This document shows positions 1 through 13,118 of a DNA stretch of 64,000 bases, piece after piece. This DNA is from Euglena gracilis (taxonomy: Eukaryota). The stretch is from assembly GCA_039621445.1 (NCBI GenBank), contig CP154954.1, forward strand, positions 2,170,001 through 2,234,000, in the 5' to 3' direction. Numbering within the stretch: position 1 is the stretch's first letter; every line of letters begins with the position of its first letter. The position numbers and the translations under genes were made by a program. The notes under the pieces are model-generated. The model had not been told where the DNA came from and ran no database searches. It saw only the letters and a list, made by a program, of their open reading frames with translations.

Positions 1-3000
1 CGTTTTTTGGCCATTTTCAGGTCAAAAAGTCGAAAAATTAGGCCAAAAATTGTCTTTTTGGGCAGAAGTGCATCAAGAATCCAAAAAAAATCGTTGCAAA
101 ATATTATAACAAAAAAGCGCCGAAGGAAAAAAAAATAACCTCTGTGTGGTTCCTGGGTGCCTAGCCAGGCTCAGGAGGGGGGTCTACCCGTTTAGGGTAT
201 GTTAAACCCTGGGCTTAAAATGATACAACTTAATTTGTCATTTTGTAATTCCTTACAACATCATTTATCATATTTATTTTTTTCATGAAAAGAAACCAAA
301 ATGCATGCAAAAAAGCAGGAAAATTAGGAAGAAGCTAAATAAAAAAGCCTCGTATCCTTTTTGGCACACATTTGATTTACATTGTACGAGTTATCAATTA
401 CATCGAAGACCATGTTTATAGTTTCTAGGTCTAAAGGAAAACAAACCATTTTCTTCATGTTGGTTTTGGCATCACGAAAACCCCCTCAAATGCAGAAAAA
501 AAATGGGAACCGGCCGGGGTGAGGATATTGTGGAAGGAAACCGGAATTCTTCTTTGGACACAAAGCCAGAGAATGTATCAGTCCAGCACCATATGTAAGG
601 ATAAAACACTTAATTTTTTTTCGGTTGTTTTCTCTCGTTTTCTCTCATTATGATTTCCATCACCAATTTGTTCTGAAATTTCAGCAAAGCTTGAAAGACC
701 AAAGAAAATCAGACCAAAAACGAAATACATCAATTTGGGTCTCTCTGTATTTGGTAATCAAAACAGGAATTCTGGTTAGTTGCAATTTTTACTAATATTT
801 GGCATTTTCAATGGGGGGATGTGGGGGTGGGTCCACAGCATTCCCGCATTTTTTGATTATCACGACTCCCACGGTTTACTGAAAAAGAAACCAGGAAACA
901 GTTTATGGGAGGGATGGGGGGGGGTCGCTGAGCTCTTATCCTTTTATGGGTGAGAGCGAACCTTTCCACTGCGGAAAAGGGGGGTCGTCCCCCCCCCCCC
1001 CGGGTCGGGGCCACCAGGAGAACCGGCAAATTATCACCATGACCCGGGTCCCGAATTTTTTTTCCAGTTGCGAGCGACTGGATCTCAGTTTCCGAATCAC
1101 CTCCGTTTGACCTGCAACTCCCTGCCAGGCCTGAGTTATTCACTGGGTAGGACTGGCCCGCCCCCCCTTCCGACTCTGCCATTTCGCTGGGGTCCAAAAT
1201 ATCTCAGAAAACGTACAATTTTTCCAGAAATGTCGGTCTGACGAAATGCACCCCCGGAGGCCCTCTATCACCGCCCCATAATCACCGTTTTGGCTGCCGA
1301 GACGCCTGGCCCGTGTTCCGGCGCGCTTTTGCAACTCAGAACGGGCATTTTGCAGTGTTTTTTTTGGGCTGTTTCTGGGTCAAAAAAAATCGATTTTTTT
1401 TCAAATATCTCGACAATGAAGTAAAATAAAAGAATGTCCGGAGAGCAAAAATGAAGCCTTTGGAACGCTGTACCCAACCATGGTTTTCTTTTCCCTCGAC
1501 TCTTCGTGTAGCCCGAGTTACGGCCATTTTTTGGCCCATTTTGGCCCATTTTTGGGCCATTTTGGGCTGTTTTTTGGGGGGGTCAAAAAAACCACGTTGA
1601 GACCTAAATTGAGGCCCTTACGAGCCCTTACGATGCTCTATCTAATTGTGTTTTGATTTCCCCGCAACTCCCCGCCTGGCCCAAAATATGGCCAATTTAT
1701 GGCCCAAAACAGCGCGGCATGGCTGTTTTCGGAATCACGGAGAAACTATGAAGGAAAATGAGGTGGGAACAGGGTTGTAGTGTTTTGGCTGATCTGACAC
1801 TGGGGCTTTGCTGTAGGCAGTTCGCCGCTGTTGGTGGGGGGTTCTTTCCCGGTATCTGCGTTCTTGTTGTTCCATTTGCTATTGACCCAAATTATTTGAT
1901 TGAGTTTTTCACTTTTTGCCTGGTGTCGAACCCGCCTTGTCTTGGGTCAAAAAATAAATTTAAAGTTTCTCAAAATTGGTGGGGAATCAAAGTAAATGTC
2001 ATGAGACCCAAATTGAATCCTTTAAATTGCTTCGTTTAACAGTATTTTGATTTCCCCGCAACTCCCCGCCTACCCTGAGTTACGGCTACTTTTTGGCCAA
2101 TTTTGGGCCATTTTGTACAGTTTTGGCTTGTTTTGATTTTGCTGTTTTTTTGGCCATATCAACACGTGTATATCAGTCGTATCCTTTTTGGCACAAATTT
2201 GATTTACATTGTACGAGTTGTCAATTACATCGAAGACCATGTTTATAGTTTCTAGGTCTAAAGGAAAACAAACCATTTTCTTCACGTTGGTTTTGGCATC
2301 ACGAAAACCCCCTCAAATGCAGAGAAAATTGCGGCCCGGGAACCGGCCGGGGTGAGGATATTGTGGAAGGAAACCGGAATTCTTCTTTGGACACAAAGCC
2401 AGAGAATGTATCAGTCCAGCACCATATGTAAGGATAAAACACTTAATATTTTTTTTGGTTGTTTTCTCTCGTTTTCTCTCATTATGATTTCCATCACCAA
2501 TTTGTTCTGAAATTCAGCAAAGCTTGAAAGACCAAAGAAAATCAGACCAAAAACGAAATACATCAATTTGGGTCTCTCTGTATTTGGTAATCAAAACAGG
2601 AATTCTGGTTAGTTGCGATTTTTACTAATATTTGGCATTTTCAATGGGGGGATGTGGGGGTGGGTCCACAGCATTCCCGCATTTTTTGATTATCACGACT
2701 CCCACGGTTTACTGAAAAAGAAACCAGGAAACGGTTTATGGGAGGTATGGGGGGGGTCGCTGAGCTCTTATCCTTTTATGTGTAAGAGCGAACCTTTCCA
2801 CTGCGGAAAAGGGGGGTCGTCCCCCCCCCGGGTCGGGGCCACCAGGAGAACCGGCAAATTATCACCATGACCCGGGTCCCGAATTTTTTTTCCAGTTGCG
2901 AGCGACTGGATCTCAGTTTCCGAATCACCTCCGTTTGACCTGCAACTCCCTGCCAGGCCTGAGTTATTCACTGGGTAGGACTGGCCCGCCCCCTCTTCCG

Positions 3001-4729
3001 ACTCTGCCATTTCACTGGGGTCCAAAATATCTCAGAAAACGTACAATTTTTCCAGAAATGTCGGTCTGACGAAATGCACCCCCGGAGGCCCTCTATCACC
3101 GCCCCATAATCACCGTTTTGGCTGCCGACACGCCTGGCCCGTGTTCCGGCGCGCTTTTGCAACTCAGAACGGGCATTTTGCAGTGTTTTCTTTGGGCTGT
3201 TTCTGGGTCAAAAAAAATCGATTTTTTTCAAATATCTCGACAATGAAGTAAAATAAAAGAATGTCCGGAGAGCAAAAATGAAGCCTTTGGAACGCTGTAC
3301 CCAACCATGGTTTTCTTTTCCCTCGACTCTTCGTGTAGCCCGAGTTACGGCCATTTTTTGGCCCATTTTGGCCCATTTTTGGGCCATTTTGGGCTGTTTT
3401 TTGGGGGGTCAAAAAACCACGTTGAGACCTAAATTGAGGCCCTTACGAGCCCTTACGATGCTCTATCTAATTGTGTTTTGATTTCCCCGCAACTCCCCGC
3501 CTGGCCCAAAATATGGCCAATTTATGGCCCAAAACAGCGCGGCATGGCTGTTTTCGGAATCACGGAGAAACTATGAAGGAAAATGGGGTGGGAACAGGGT
3601 TGTAGTGTCTTGGCTGATCTGACACTGGGGCTTTGCTGTAGGCAGTTCGCCGCTGTTGGTGGGGGGTTCTTTCCCGGTATCTGCGTTCTTGTTGTTCCAT
3701 TTGCTATTGACCCAAATTATTTGATTGAGTTTTTCACTTTTTGCCTGGTGTCGAACCCGCCTTGTCTTGGGTCAAAAAATAAATTTAAAGTTTCTCAAAA
3801 TTGGTGGGGAATCAAAGTAAATGTCATGAGACCCAAATTGAAGCCTTTAAATTGCTTCGTTTAACAGTATTTTGATTTCCCCGCAACTCCCCGCCTACCC
3901 TGAGTTACGGCTACTTTTTGGCCAATTTTGGGCCATTTTGTACAGTGTTGGCTTGTTTTGACTTTGCCGTTTTTTTTTTTTTGGCCATTTTCAGGTCAAA
4001 AAGTCGAAAAATTAGGCCAAAAATTGCCTTTTTGGGCAGAAGTGCATCAAGAATCCAAAAAAATCGTTGTAAAATATTATAACAAAAAAGTGCCGAAGGA
4101 CAAAAAATAACCTCTGTGTGGTTCCTGGGTGCCTAGCCAGGCTCAGGAGGGGGGTCTACCCGTTTAGGGTATGTTAAACCCTGGGCTTAAAATGATACAA
4201 CTTAATTTGTCATTTTGTAATTCCTTACAACATCATTTATCATATTTATTTTTTTCATGAAAAGAAACCAAAAGGCATGCAAAAAAGCAGGAAAATTAGG
4301 AAGAAGCTAAATAAAAAAGCCTCGTATCCTTTTTGGCACACATTTGATTTACATTGTACGAGTTGTCAATTACATCGAAGACCATGTTTATAGTTTCTAG
4401 GTCTAAAGGAAAACAAACCATTTTCTTCACGTTGGTTTTGGCATCACGAAAACCCCCTCAAATGCAGAGAAAATTGCGGCCTGGGAACCGGCCGGGGTGA
4501 GGATATTGTGGAAGGAAACCGGAATTCTTCTTTGGACACAAAGCCAGAGAATGTATCAGTCCAGCACCATATGTAAGGATAAAACATTTAATATTTTTTT
4601 TGGTTGTTTTCTCTCGTTTTCTCTCATTATGATTTCCATCACCAATTTGTTCTGAAATTTCAGCAAAGCTTGAAAGACCAAAGAAAATCAGACCAAAAAC
4701 GAAATACATCAATTTGGGTCTCTCTGTAT
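1..4729. repeat. Tandem repeat, ~2.3 units; core period ~1828 bp, with an extra ~350 bp block at some junctions
   Basis: 351-~2140 is near-identical to 2178-~3965 (ORF-track pairs 1140..1334/2968..3162 and 1758..2039/3583..3864). Block 1-350 recurs at ~3968-4323 but is absent at the ~2140-2178 junction. The array stops abruptly at ...ctctgtat (4729). Confidence 0.95.
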
Positions 4730-4756
4730 CCGTGAATTTCCTGTTTCCGGAAAAGG

Positions 4757-5327
4757 TCAAAAGCCACATTCCATTCTGCACCGGAGCAATATTTGGGCAG
4801 TTGTGGCAGCAGATTTTTTCTCCATATCATAGTTCCGGAGATCTTCCAGGGCCTCGACAGAAGCCAAATCCGAGTGCTCAACCCCCAAGTTAAGCCCTCT
4901 GCAATCTAACTGAACGCATGCTACAATGTAGATCTTCCCTTGCATACCTAACAAAATGTTTGTGGTCACATGCCCAGAACTGTCAATTCATCAATTTCTA
5001 TCCACACCCGAATGTGAAAATAAAAAAACGTAGAGGAGGGGAAAAAACAACCTTTTGGCCTTGAATTTTTTTCTTGATTGCCCCTAAATGGGTTGCCAAA
5101 ACCCTGCCAGTGGACCGATATAGCGATTGACCCTTCTGGATGCAGCCTGGGCGAAAGGTGGAAAGTCATTCTGAATAAACAAAAACCTACACGTCCTCAA
5201 TTTGGGTGTATTTCTGGAGAACACCTCTGTTGCTTTTGTTGTCCAATTTTGTGACCGGGAGACCAGAATGGAGGAAAGCGGCCACAAAATCATCTGTTAT
5301 TGTCTGAATGAGGTTTTGCTTGATTGT
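4757..5327 (-). pseudogene. Degenerate intron-containing hAT-family (CGGBP-like) transposase fragment
   Basis: Manual minus-strand splicing. Exon 5327-~5195 reads TIKQNLIQTITDDFVAAFLHSGLPVTKLDNKSNRGVLQKYTQIE. Exon 5146-5052 reads GCIQKGQSLYRSTGRVLATHLGAIKKKIQGQK. Exon 5007-~4757 reads VWIEIDELT/SSGHVTTNILLGMQGKIYIVACVQLD. This resembles the hAT/CGGBP dimerization region followed by the first catalytic-Asp strand (W.x.IDE.TD..G....N.L.G). Two splice sites are mutated and there is one frameshift. Confidence 0.7.
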
Positions 5328-5435
5328 CTGTTTGGAAAGGCAGAGAACGTGCAAAACATCCCATCAAAATGCATCTGCACAAGCAAAGCACATTCAAAAA
5401 AAACACAAAAAAATTTTCCGAACCCTCCGCCTCAT

Positions 5436-5522
5436 CCGTGAATTTCCGTGATTTTCCGTGATTTCCGTGAAAATGGCCTTCCGTCCATTTCCGTGATCCT
5501 CCGTGAATTTCCGTGAATTTCC
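5436..5522. repeat. TCCGTGA(A)TTT minisatellite (~10 bp units)
   Basis: About 8 imperfect copies of tccgtgaattt; a single copy also sits at 4729-4741. Confidence 0.85.
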
Positions 5523-5576
5523 TTTTCAGGATGATGTGTGAGGATCCGTGGACAAAGGCATGAGGGGGATAGGTTC

Positions 5577-5729
5577 CACACACACAAGCGCGCACGCGAG
5601 CACACACACACGCGCGCCTGCGCGTGCGCGCGCACACACGCGCGCGCACGCATGCACGCACGCACACACACACACGCGCGCGCGCGCACGCACGCACGCA
5701 CGCACGCACTCACGCACGCACGCACGCAT

Positions 5730-5772
<43 letters not shown>

Positions 5773-5796
5773 TGCACGACGCACACGCGAACACAC
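5577..5796. repeat. (CACG)n/(CA)n/(CG)n compound microsatellite at the start of a putative intron
   Basis: Direct reading. It generates the spurious RAC/HAR ORFs. Confidence 0.97.
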
Positions 5797-6276
5797 CGAT
5801 GGGGGCACAAAGGAGCGGTGCCAGATCCAGGCCTCAGGATACGAACTGTTGTTCTGGGCGGCGTCGCCCTCCGGCCCCGTGTACCCCTCCCATTGCACGT
5901 CATACATCCACTGCAGGGGGAGACGGTGTGCAGTGGCGCTCCCATCCACTCGCCGCATCAAAGTTTGCGGAACAGCGTGGCAGAGGATTTGGTGCCCCAA
6001 CCCTTTCACATCGAGCTGAGCCCAACGCAGTTTCCCAACCACGGGGAAGGTTGAAGATGCTTGGCTGTCTCCTGTGATGGGGAAGAGACAACACAGGGGA
6101 CCACCAAACAGAAGCTTGTGGCGAGGGGACTCCTCGGCAACATCGTTGAATTGCAACACCGGTCGTGCAACAGACCTGGCTGCCCTCCTGCCGCGTGGAG
6201 TCGCGCAGGATGGTGACGGGTACCAGCGCCCCTCCCAGTGGGCGAACATGTCCTGGTCGGCCATTGTCAGGGCCAT
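5797..6276 (-). pseudogene. Two-exon Tudor/chromo-barrel-like domain coding segment (1-nt frameshift)
   Basis: Exon 6276-6176 reads MALTMADQDMFAHWEGRWYP/VTILRDSTRQEGSQ (frameshift at the GGG run 6218-6220). Canonical intron CAG|GTCTGT...CCCCCTGCAG| at 6175-5911. Exon 5910-5797 (114 nt, phase 0/0) reads WMYDVQWEGYTGPEGDAAQNNSSYPEAWIWHRSFVPPS, followed by a GT donor. Aromatic pattern F.A.W..RWYP...Y.V.W.GY is typical of Tudor/chromo barrels. Confidence 0.6.
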
Positions 6277-6591
6277 TTGGGAAAAGCCGTGTGGGAGGGT
6301 CGGGGAATTCAATGAGAGGGGAGGGGGTTAAGGACGCCCCTCTCCCCCTGTGCAAAAGATTTTCCGGCACGAAGCAGCAAAAAACTGTTGGGTGGCTGAA
6401 AACAAGCCCCCAAAAAAACACGTTTCACACACCTTTTTAAAAAACCGGCAAAAAAAATGCACAAAAACTTTTTTCCCCTCCCCCATTCGACGAGGGGGAT
6501 CTGGGACCTCCTGGAACCAAAAGTTTTCTCTCTGGCGCTTCGTTCAGGATTCAGGGGTGGTCTGACCTCCCTGTGCAAAATCAACTCTCAC

Positions 6592-6642
6592 ATAATACAG
6601 TGAATACAATAATACAATAATACAATAATACAATAATACAAT
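6592..6642. repeat. (AATACAAT)n microsatellite
   Basis: Direct reading. Confidence 0.9.
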
Positions 6643-8411
6643 AAGAAGGTCGGACCCCGGAGGACTGGCCCATCCCCCACACAGCACCCACCGGGGCGCC
6701 GGGGTACTGTGCCGCCCCGTTCAGCCCTGGCCACCGTGTACAGCGGCTCGGGCCCGCAGGGCGGCGCGATGTACTGCGGCGGTGGGGGAGGCTCCGGCAC
6801 GTCCCGCAGCCGCGGCGAGCGTCGGCGCAGGCCCCGGTCGTTTGGGTTGGGGCCCTGAAGCGATGTCTGCCACTGCTGGCAGTCGAGGCCAGCGAGATCT
6901 CGTCGAGAAAACTGCATTTGGGAAAGACGCGCAACGGGTCCGTGGGATCCATGTGGAAGAAATGGAAAGAAAACCCTCTCTCTCCCCCCCAACGCAATTC
7001 ATCCACTGCCCTGGGTGGGGTTCCCCTGTCTAACGATCTGTCCAACACATTTTAATTCCTCCCGGAACCCCTCTCACCCCTTAGAAGGTACTGGCATGTG
7101 GGAGAATTTGGAGGAAAAAAAGGCCGTACGAGTCGCACCAAAAATGGGCAGCGGACGGGGGTCCTGGACCCGAGAAATGAGGATCCAAACACCTTGATTG
7201 GTGGTCAGCCCATTTTCAACCCGTCACTGCACATGACCCTTGGGGGGGGGGGGGCATGCCCGTGTGAGGTTAAAACAAAGCCTGGTGTCACCGTTCTTGC
7301 CGTCCAGTTCTTGTTTCATTTCCATGAAATTGTGCGACCCATTTAAAACTCATGGCAGAGAAGAATTTGTCCCTCATCAGAAAAACATTGGCAATCATTT
7401 AGGAACGATGGAGAGCCATCTGGATCACTTCGATCCAATGCTCGGGGGGGGAAAAAAACTGTTGCGGAGCACTCTACCCTGGAGAGGGAGTTGGGTCCTG
7501 TCCGCCTGGAAAAAAAAAGTGTGGCTCAGGACACAACAGGTGCCCAGATACACAAAGCCTCTGCCCGATGGGAAGGCGGTTAAAAAAAGCATCCAGGGAG
7601 GGAAAACACATGGCACTTGGTCCCTGCGCGGTCTGGCTGAAACGGCAGGAAGCTCTTGCCGCGCTTCTTCGGGGGGGCCGGCGGATCGTTGGCAGCAGCC
7701 ATTGGGACCCACGTCCCATTTGAGGGGTGAAGGCTTTGTGGTTTTCCAGTTGTGGTCTGCCAGTGGTTCACACCCCGCTTGATGCAGGATGTGAATGCCA
7801 AGCGGTGTTGGTTTGCAGCCAGCCATGGAATCCTTGCACCAACCCCCCCCCCGTATTATGTGTGTGAGTGCATCACCAAATATTGCGCGTGCATCACGGA
7901 ATCCTGTGGGAATTTCTTGTCCTTTCAGGAGCTGGTGAGCGCCGCCATGCAGGTTCTGATGCTGTGCTGCCACTCTAACCCCCCCCCCTGATAAGTGCGA
8001 AGTGCCCTAATAAGTGCGCACCCCCAAAGGAGAAACCGCCGTCACATTACACACAATCCTCGGAACTGTCCTTCTCAGACCAAATACTTCCATCATCCAA
8101 GCCCAAATTTGACAGATAATCACTTGACTCATTGCTTGACATCACAAAAGAAAGGGAAGAACTGGAAAAGCATAGAGGAGAATTAAATATTTTGTGCTTT
8201 GTCCTAATAATTGCGCAGTGCCCTAATAAATGCGCACCCCTTGGGGTCCGAAACTACGTCCTTAAAATGTGCACGCCCATGCACTTTGGGGGGGTACACC
8301 AAAAAAAACCAAGCTTTGAGAGTTTCTTGATGGCTTGAACCACCCTCAGATGTATGTGTACAGGCCATGTGCAAGGTGGAGCTCATTCGCGTATCTGGTC
8401 AGCACCCCCAA

Positions 8412-8721
8412 CAGGCTGTTTTTTACCAACCCCGGGGGGGGGGAGGGGGGGTCCGGAGTGCCTGTGAGTGCCTGCCCAGGCAGGCACTACCCCCCCGGGG
8501 GGGGTCGGATTTCGGCCTGTGCCCGGGCACATTCCTTTGAAAATAGGCCATTTTTGGCTCCCCGGCGCCTTCGGCGCCGGGGTTGTGCTAGGGCACTTTT
8601 GGCCGTGTGCCCTACCCCCCCCCCGGGGGGGGGGGGGGATTTGGAGTGCCTTGGGGTGCCTGCCCACTGCCGACCCCCCCCCCCCCGGGGTGGGGTCGGC
8701 ACCCGACTAAAATACAGCCTG
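8412..8721. mobile_element. hAT-like MITE, CAGGCTGT...ACAGCCTG, 8-bp TSD
   Basis: TIR caggctgtttttt / aaaatacagcctg; flanks acccccaa (8404-8411) and tcccccaa (8722-8729). Confidence 0.8.
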
Positions 8722-10476
8722 TCCCCCAATCCGATCAAGCAAAAAATCCAAAAAAAAATAAAACTCCCCAAATTAAACAATTATTCCCCCTGACGGCACG
8801 AAGTGCCGAAGCAGTGGTGAAATTCCCTGGAAATTTTACCAAAAGGCCAAAAATGATGCAAATTCAATAATGGGGACATTCAAAGGCCAAAAAAAAAAAA
8901 TGCAAAACATCCATGTACACCAATAAACACATGGCGTGAAATGCCGAAGGAAAGTATTTGATGTTCTGGGGAATCCCAAAAATGATGTCTTTTTCAGTCA
9001 AGGGAGAAATAACATAAAAATAACATCCCCCCCGAAAAACTGCATCCCCTGGAGGCTTCCAGTAATGGACCCAAAAGCAAATGTCTTATTTGGGGGGGGG
9101 GATCAACCTTGGGTCAATTCTTTGCATATCCATATCCCAATGTCTCCCTGAAAAAGAAGCCTCTGGATATCGTTTTGGATCAGTTGCTGAAAACATGAGG
9201 GGATTTGTTTATTTTTAATGTTTTTCGGAGAGTCAGAGAAGTTCGGTCCAATTTTTGCCCCCCCACCTGAGTTTGAACCGGACTGGAAAAATTGATGTTG
9301 CAGAGAAGCCCTAGACAGTTAACCTATAAATCTGGACAAGTACGGCGGGAGGCATAAAAAAAACATGGGAAACCACCCCGATATTCCCATAATGTATTCC
9401 CGTGATTTTTGTCCAGTGCACCTTTTCCCCGCCCTTTGGCCGGACCAACTGAACGAGATTAGGCAAAAATGAGTTGAAAAGGGCCTCCGTATCACATTTG
9501 ACATTTGGTCAAAATAATGATTTTTTTTTGCATATGCAGTGCAGACAAAAAATATTCAAAAATAATAATAATACAGGGGAAAAAATAAGATAAATTTTTG
9601 ATTTCGAAGAAAAATTTGGGAAATTCAACGCTTCAGGGGAAAATGGTGGGAGTTTTTTTCAGTTGCAATGAAGCTTCTTTGACAAAAATCAACTCGGAAT
9701 TTCAAAAAAAGTCAAATGGACTGCTGGCGGTGTTTTTTGATTTTCATATAAATTAAGCCCAAGAATTGATAACCCTGTCTTTTTGTATACAAAATTTGAT
9801 TGCCCTGAGAGTGGCTCACACCAACCTCTTTAAAACAAAAAATGCTTCCACAAGACCATTTCATTTACGTTGAGCAGACTCCCTAAATTTTGTTGGTGGC
9901 TTGCAGGAATAGAATGACTTATTTGCTACTCCTTCTCCTCCCCCAGAGTCCCCTTGGCTTAAAGGATGGTCAGGGCAATAAACCTCTGCGGTCTGAGTAT
10001 TGGGATATCTAATAAAAACCGGTCATTTTCAGGAGGCTTTATTCTGGAGGGCAGGACGTTCAGAGCTTTGAACAGCTGCTGTTTTTGTTTTCATTTTGCT
10101 GGAGAATCACAATGGCACCTTCTTCAGAACCGCAATGGCACCTTCATTAGGGTAGAAAGGGACTGGGCACATGGCGTGGGCACATGCATCTGCAAAGAGG
10201 GACACTCCGTCTAGTAGGGTATCTCAAGCCATCTCTCAAAGCTTGGGAAATTTACATGTGTAGAGTGGCAGCACAGAATCAGATCCTTCAGAGCGGCGCT
10301 CACCAGCTTCCCCCCTGTACCATGATCAAACCGTTGCATGAGATGGGGGTCCTATGTGGTTGGGCAAGAACAAAAATACAAAATTTTTCCAGAGTGAAGA
10401 CTTTATTAACCGGCTTGGGTGAAATTTTTACTTCGAGTCCTTCTTCACTTCCCTTTTTTCATTAGAAAACATACTA

Positions 10477-10776
10477 CCCGCCCCCCCCCCTTGTCGTACA
10501 ACCGGGTTCCTGCGACTGGGGGGGGGGGGTCGTAACACCCCCATAACCTGCAACCTGCGACCGGGGGGTGATTGTAAATGAAGGGGCGCTCGTAGGTGAG
10601 GTGGTGTTGAAATTTTCGCAACCTGCAACCTGCGACCGGGGGAATGGTCATAACACCCCCATGACCTGCAACCTGCGACCGGGGGGTGGTCGTAACACCC
10701 CCATGACCTGCAACCTGCGACCGGGGGGGGGGGTGATCGTAAATGAGGGGTGGTTGTACGACAAGGGGGGGCCGGG
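10477..10776. mobile_element. TA-flanked MITE with internal ACCTGCAACCTGCGACC repeats (copy 1)
   Basis: TA-cccgcccc...ttgtcgtacaacc / ggttgtacgacaaggggggg...cggg-TA; second copy at 42192-42452. Confidence 0.85.
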
Positions 10777-10868
10777 TATGTGCCGTAGCAACAAATGGTG
10801 CACGGGTTGGTTGCGCATCCTGGATGCACTCAGGGGCTGGGTTGGGCCCAGCCGAGAGGTCGAGCTGG

Positions 10869-10981
10869 CTTGAGCTGGGGCCTGTGGCACGAAATTGGGT
10901 AAATGATTCTGGGACAGCGGAGAACTTGAGCTGGGGCCTGTGGCACGAAATTGGGTAAATGATTCTGGGACAGCGGAGAAC
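10869..10981. repeat. Perfect 56-bp tandem duplication
   Basis: cttgagctggggcctgtggcacgaaattgggtaaatgattctgggacagcggagaa occurs twice, starting at 10869 and 10925. Confidence 0.95.
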
Positions 10982-13118
10982 GATGGCAGCCTTGAAATTG
11001 GAGCATGTGGGGCGAGGCAATGCAAACTGGGTGATCTTTCTCAGCAGTGGACTCAAATAAGGGGGTCCAACTCAGCCGGCTGAGTTCAGATAAAAAAAAT
11101 TGGCAAACATCCACAAAAAGGATTTACATTGTGACGAAGAGACCCCCCCCAAGTTGGGCAGGGGTCGATCGGCTGGCCAGAAACAGGTGCCAGGCATCGG
11201 GAAAGAGGTCCGGTGGGCGCGTTCCAGCTGGCTGCCGGGCTGGACTGTATGGAACCAAGAAAGGGCACCCAAAACCGAGAAATGAAAAAATCCAGTTGGT
11301 TGTTTTTTCCCAGAAAATTTCCTTTGGGAAATCCCCCATATTGTCAAAAACAATCCTAAAACCCAGCTGTGTCAAAACGTCCAGGGTCCTGGTACAGAAA
11401 ACGACCATTTCTCAGTTTCAGTTGAAAAACTCTAACGGGAGTTTTTGGAGAAAATGTGATGATCAAATTGCAAATTTGAACAGAAATAAATTTCCTGCCT
11501 GCTTTTTGTTCATTTCCCATCCATCCCCACCCCAAAGGTGCATACCTTTTGACGAGGACCTCTTCACCATACAGCTTTTACCGAGCCTGGGAGTCACGCC
11601 TCTGTTGGAAAACCAGTCTGTCACTGCCCCCCACCCCCCCCCCCCCCCCAGGATCGGCAACTCTGGAATCCAAGGAGAAAACTAATCACAAATGTGGAGA
11701 AAAAGCCACATAATTCCGTCAGCTTCGGTGCCGGGTCATTGCAGTGGTTTTTTGCCAACCCCCCCCCCCCTGGGGGGAGGGGTTTAGAAGACAAAAACCA
11801 GTCACCCATGGGGGGGGGGGGTGTCGGCCAGTGACTAAGCGACTAATTTGTGGAATTATCCTTGCTACTCAGTGAAGCTTCCATGAGAAGGCAACTGTTT
11901 CCCAAAGCAAGCTTGCAGTCACCACACCTTCTGGTCTTTCGGCTACATTCCCATCAGGAACAGAAACAGGTTCACTATCGAAAGGGTTTGAAGTGGTTGT
12001 CCCCACATCCTCGCACAAAGCCATACGAGTCAGTCATTGAGGCTGACAACCATAAGTTGAAACACAATTGAATCTGCAAAAATAAAAAAACAAACCTGTC
12101 CGTTGAAGTGGCCTGATTAAGAGCTACAGTGATTCATCTAAACTGAAGAAACCGCCATTCCTGTAAATAACCACCTGCAGACTGCCTTCTTGGCCTGCCG
12201 TCAGCCCAAGACATTATTGACGAGAACGCTTGAAGGGCCCCCCAATTGACCCCCAGCCGGAGCCCAGAGGGGTTCCGTTTGGGGGGGGGGGGGATGGTGC
12301 ATGCCGTTTGCGGTCTGTTTTGAGGTAATGAAATATGAAAAAGCCGCAAACAAGCCTCCAGACGTCCATTTTTGGACAATTTGGGGAAGATTAAATGTCT
12401 TTTTTCAAAAAAAAATCTCAAAAATAAAACAAAAAGGCACAGCATTTTCTCCAAAAAAGCATGTTCTTTGCATTTTTGGGGGCTTTGGAATCCATTCGAA
12501 AAGATTTTCTCCTTTCAGTAATTCACCCTGTTTTCTTGTTCTGTGGTTTTTGGAAGGATACATGGACATCTGACTGCACGGGGCAGTCCAATGAGACTTA
12601 TCCCCCGCCCAATATTCACTTGGCCAGCAGCCCTTCACCAGTCCCTAAGGGGGGGTGTACTCCCATTTCGGAGGTCAACTTTTTACTGCATTTTGGAAAT
12701 TTTGGAAATTTTGCGTTTTATGCATTTTGGAAAGATCAGTTCTATCCAGCCAAATAAAAAAAAGCCAAAACAGGCCATTTTGAAGGTTTTCAAAAGTTGG
12801 CTTTTTGATCCATGTCCATCGGCCGGCAATCAGGGTGATAATATAGGGGGAGATGGTACGTTTCTTTAACTCTGTTTTTATGCCTTTGGAACTGGACTAC
12901 CAGAAAAAGGCGGGGTGGAGGACACTGTGGAACCTTCCCACAAGGGACCCCACAATGACCTTTAAAGACTTCCTGCAGAACTGCAGAACTGCAGAACTGC
13001 ATTTGAAAGATGGGCATAAGCCAAACACAAGCAACAAGAAAAAATACCACAGCAATGATCATTCCGAAACTTTCTCAAAAATGTGGAAATAAGGTGGGAA
13101 AATGATTCTTCGGGAATA

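Noticed and set aside
5290-6077. Long ORFs rich in RAC/HAR/THA
   Set aside because: Translations of the (CACG)n microsatellite in several frames.
6646-7990. GC-rich coding exons
   Set aside because: Protein-like fragments (e.g. MAAANDPPAPPKKRGK) appear but cannot be joined into a consistent gene or assigned to a family.
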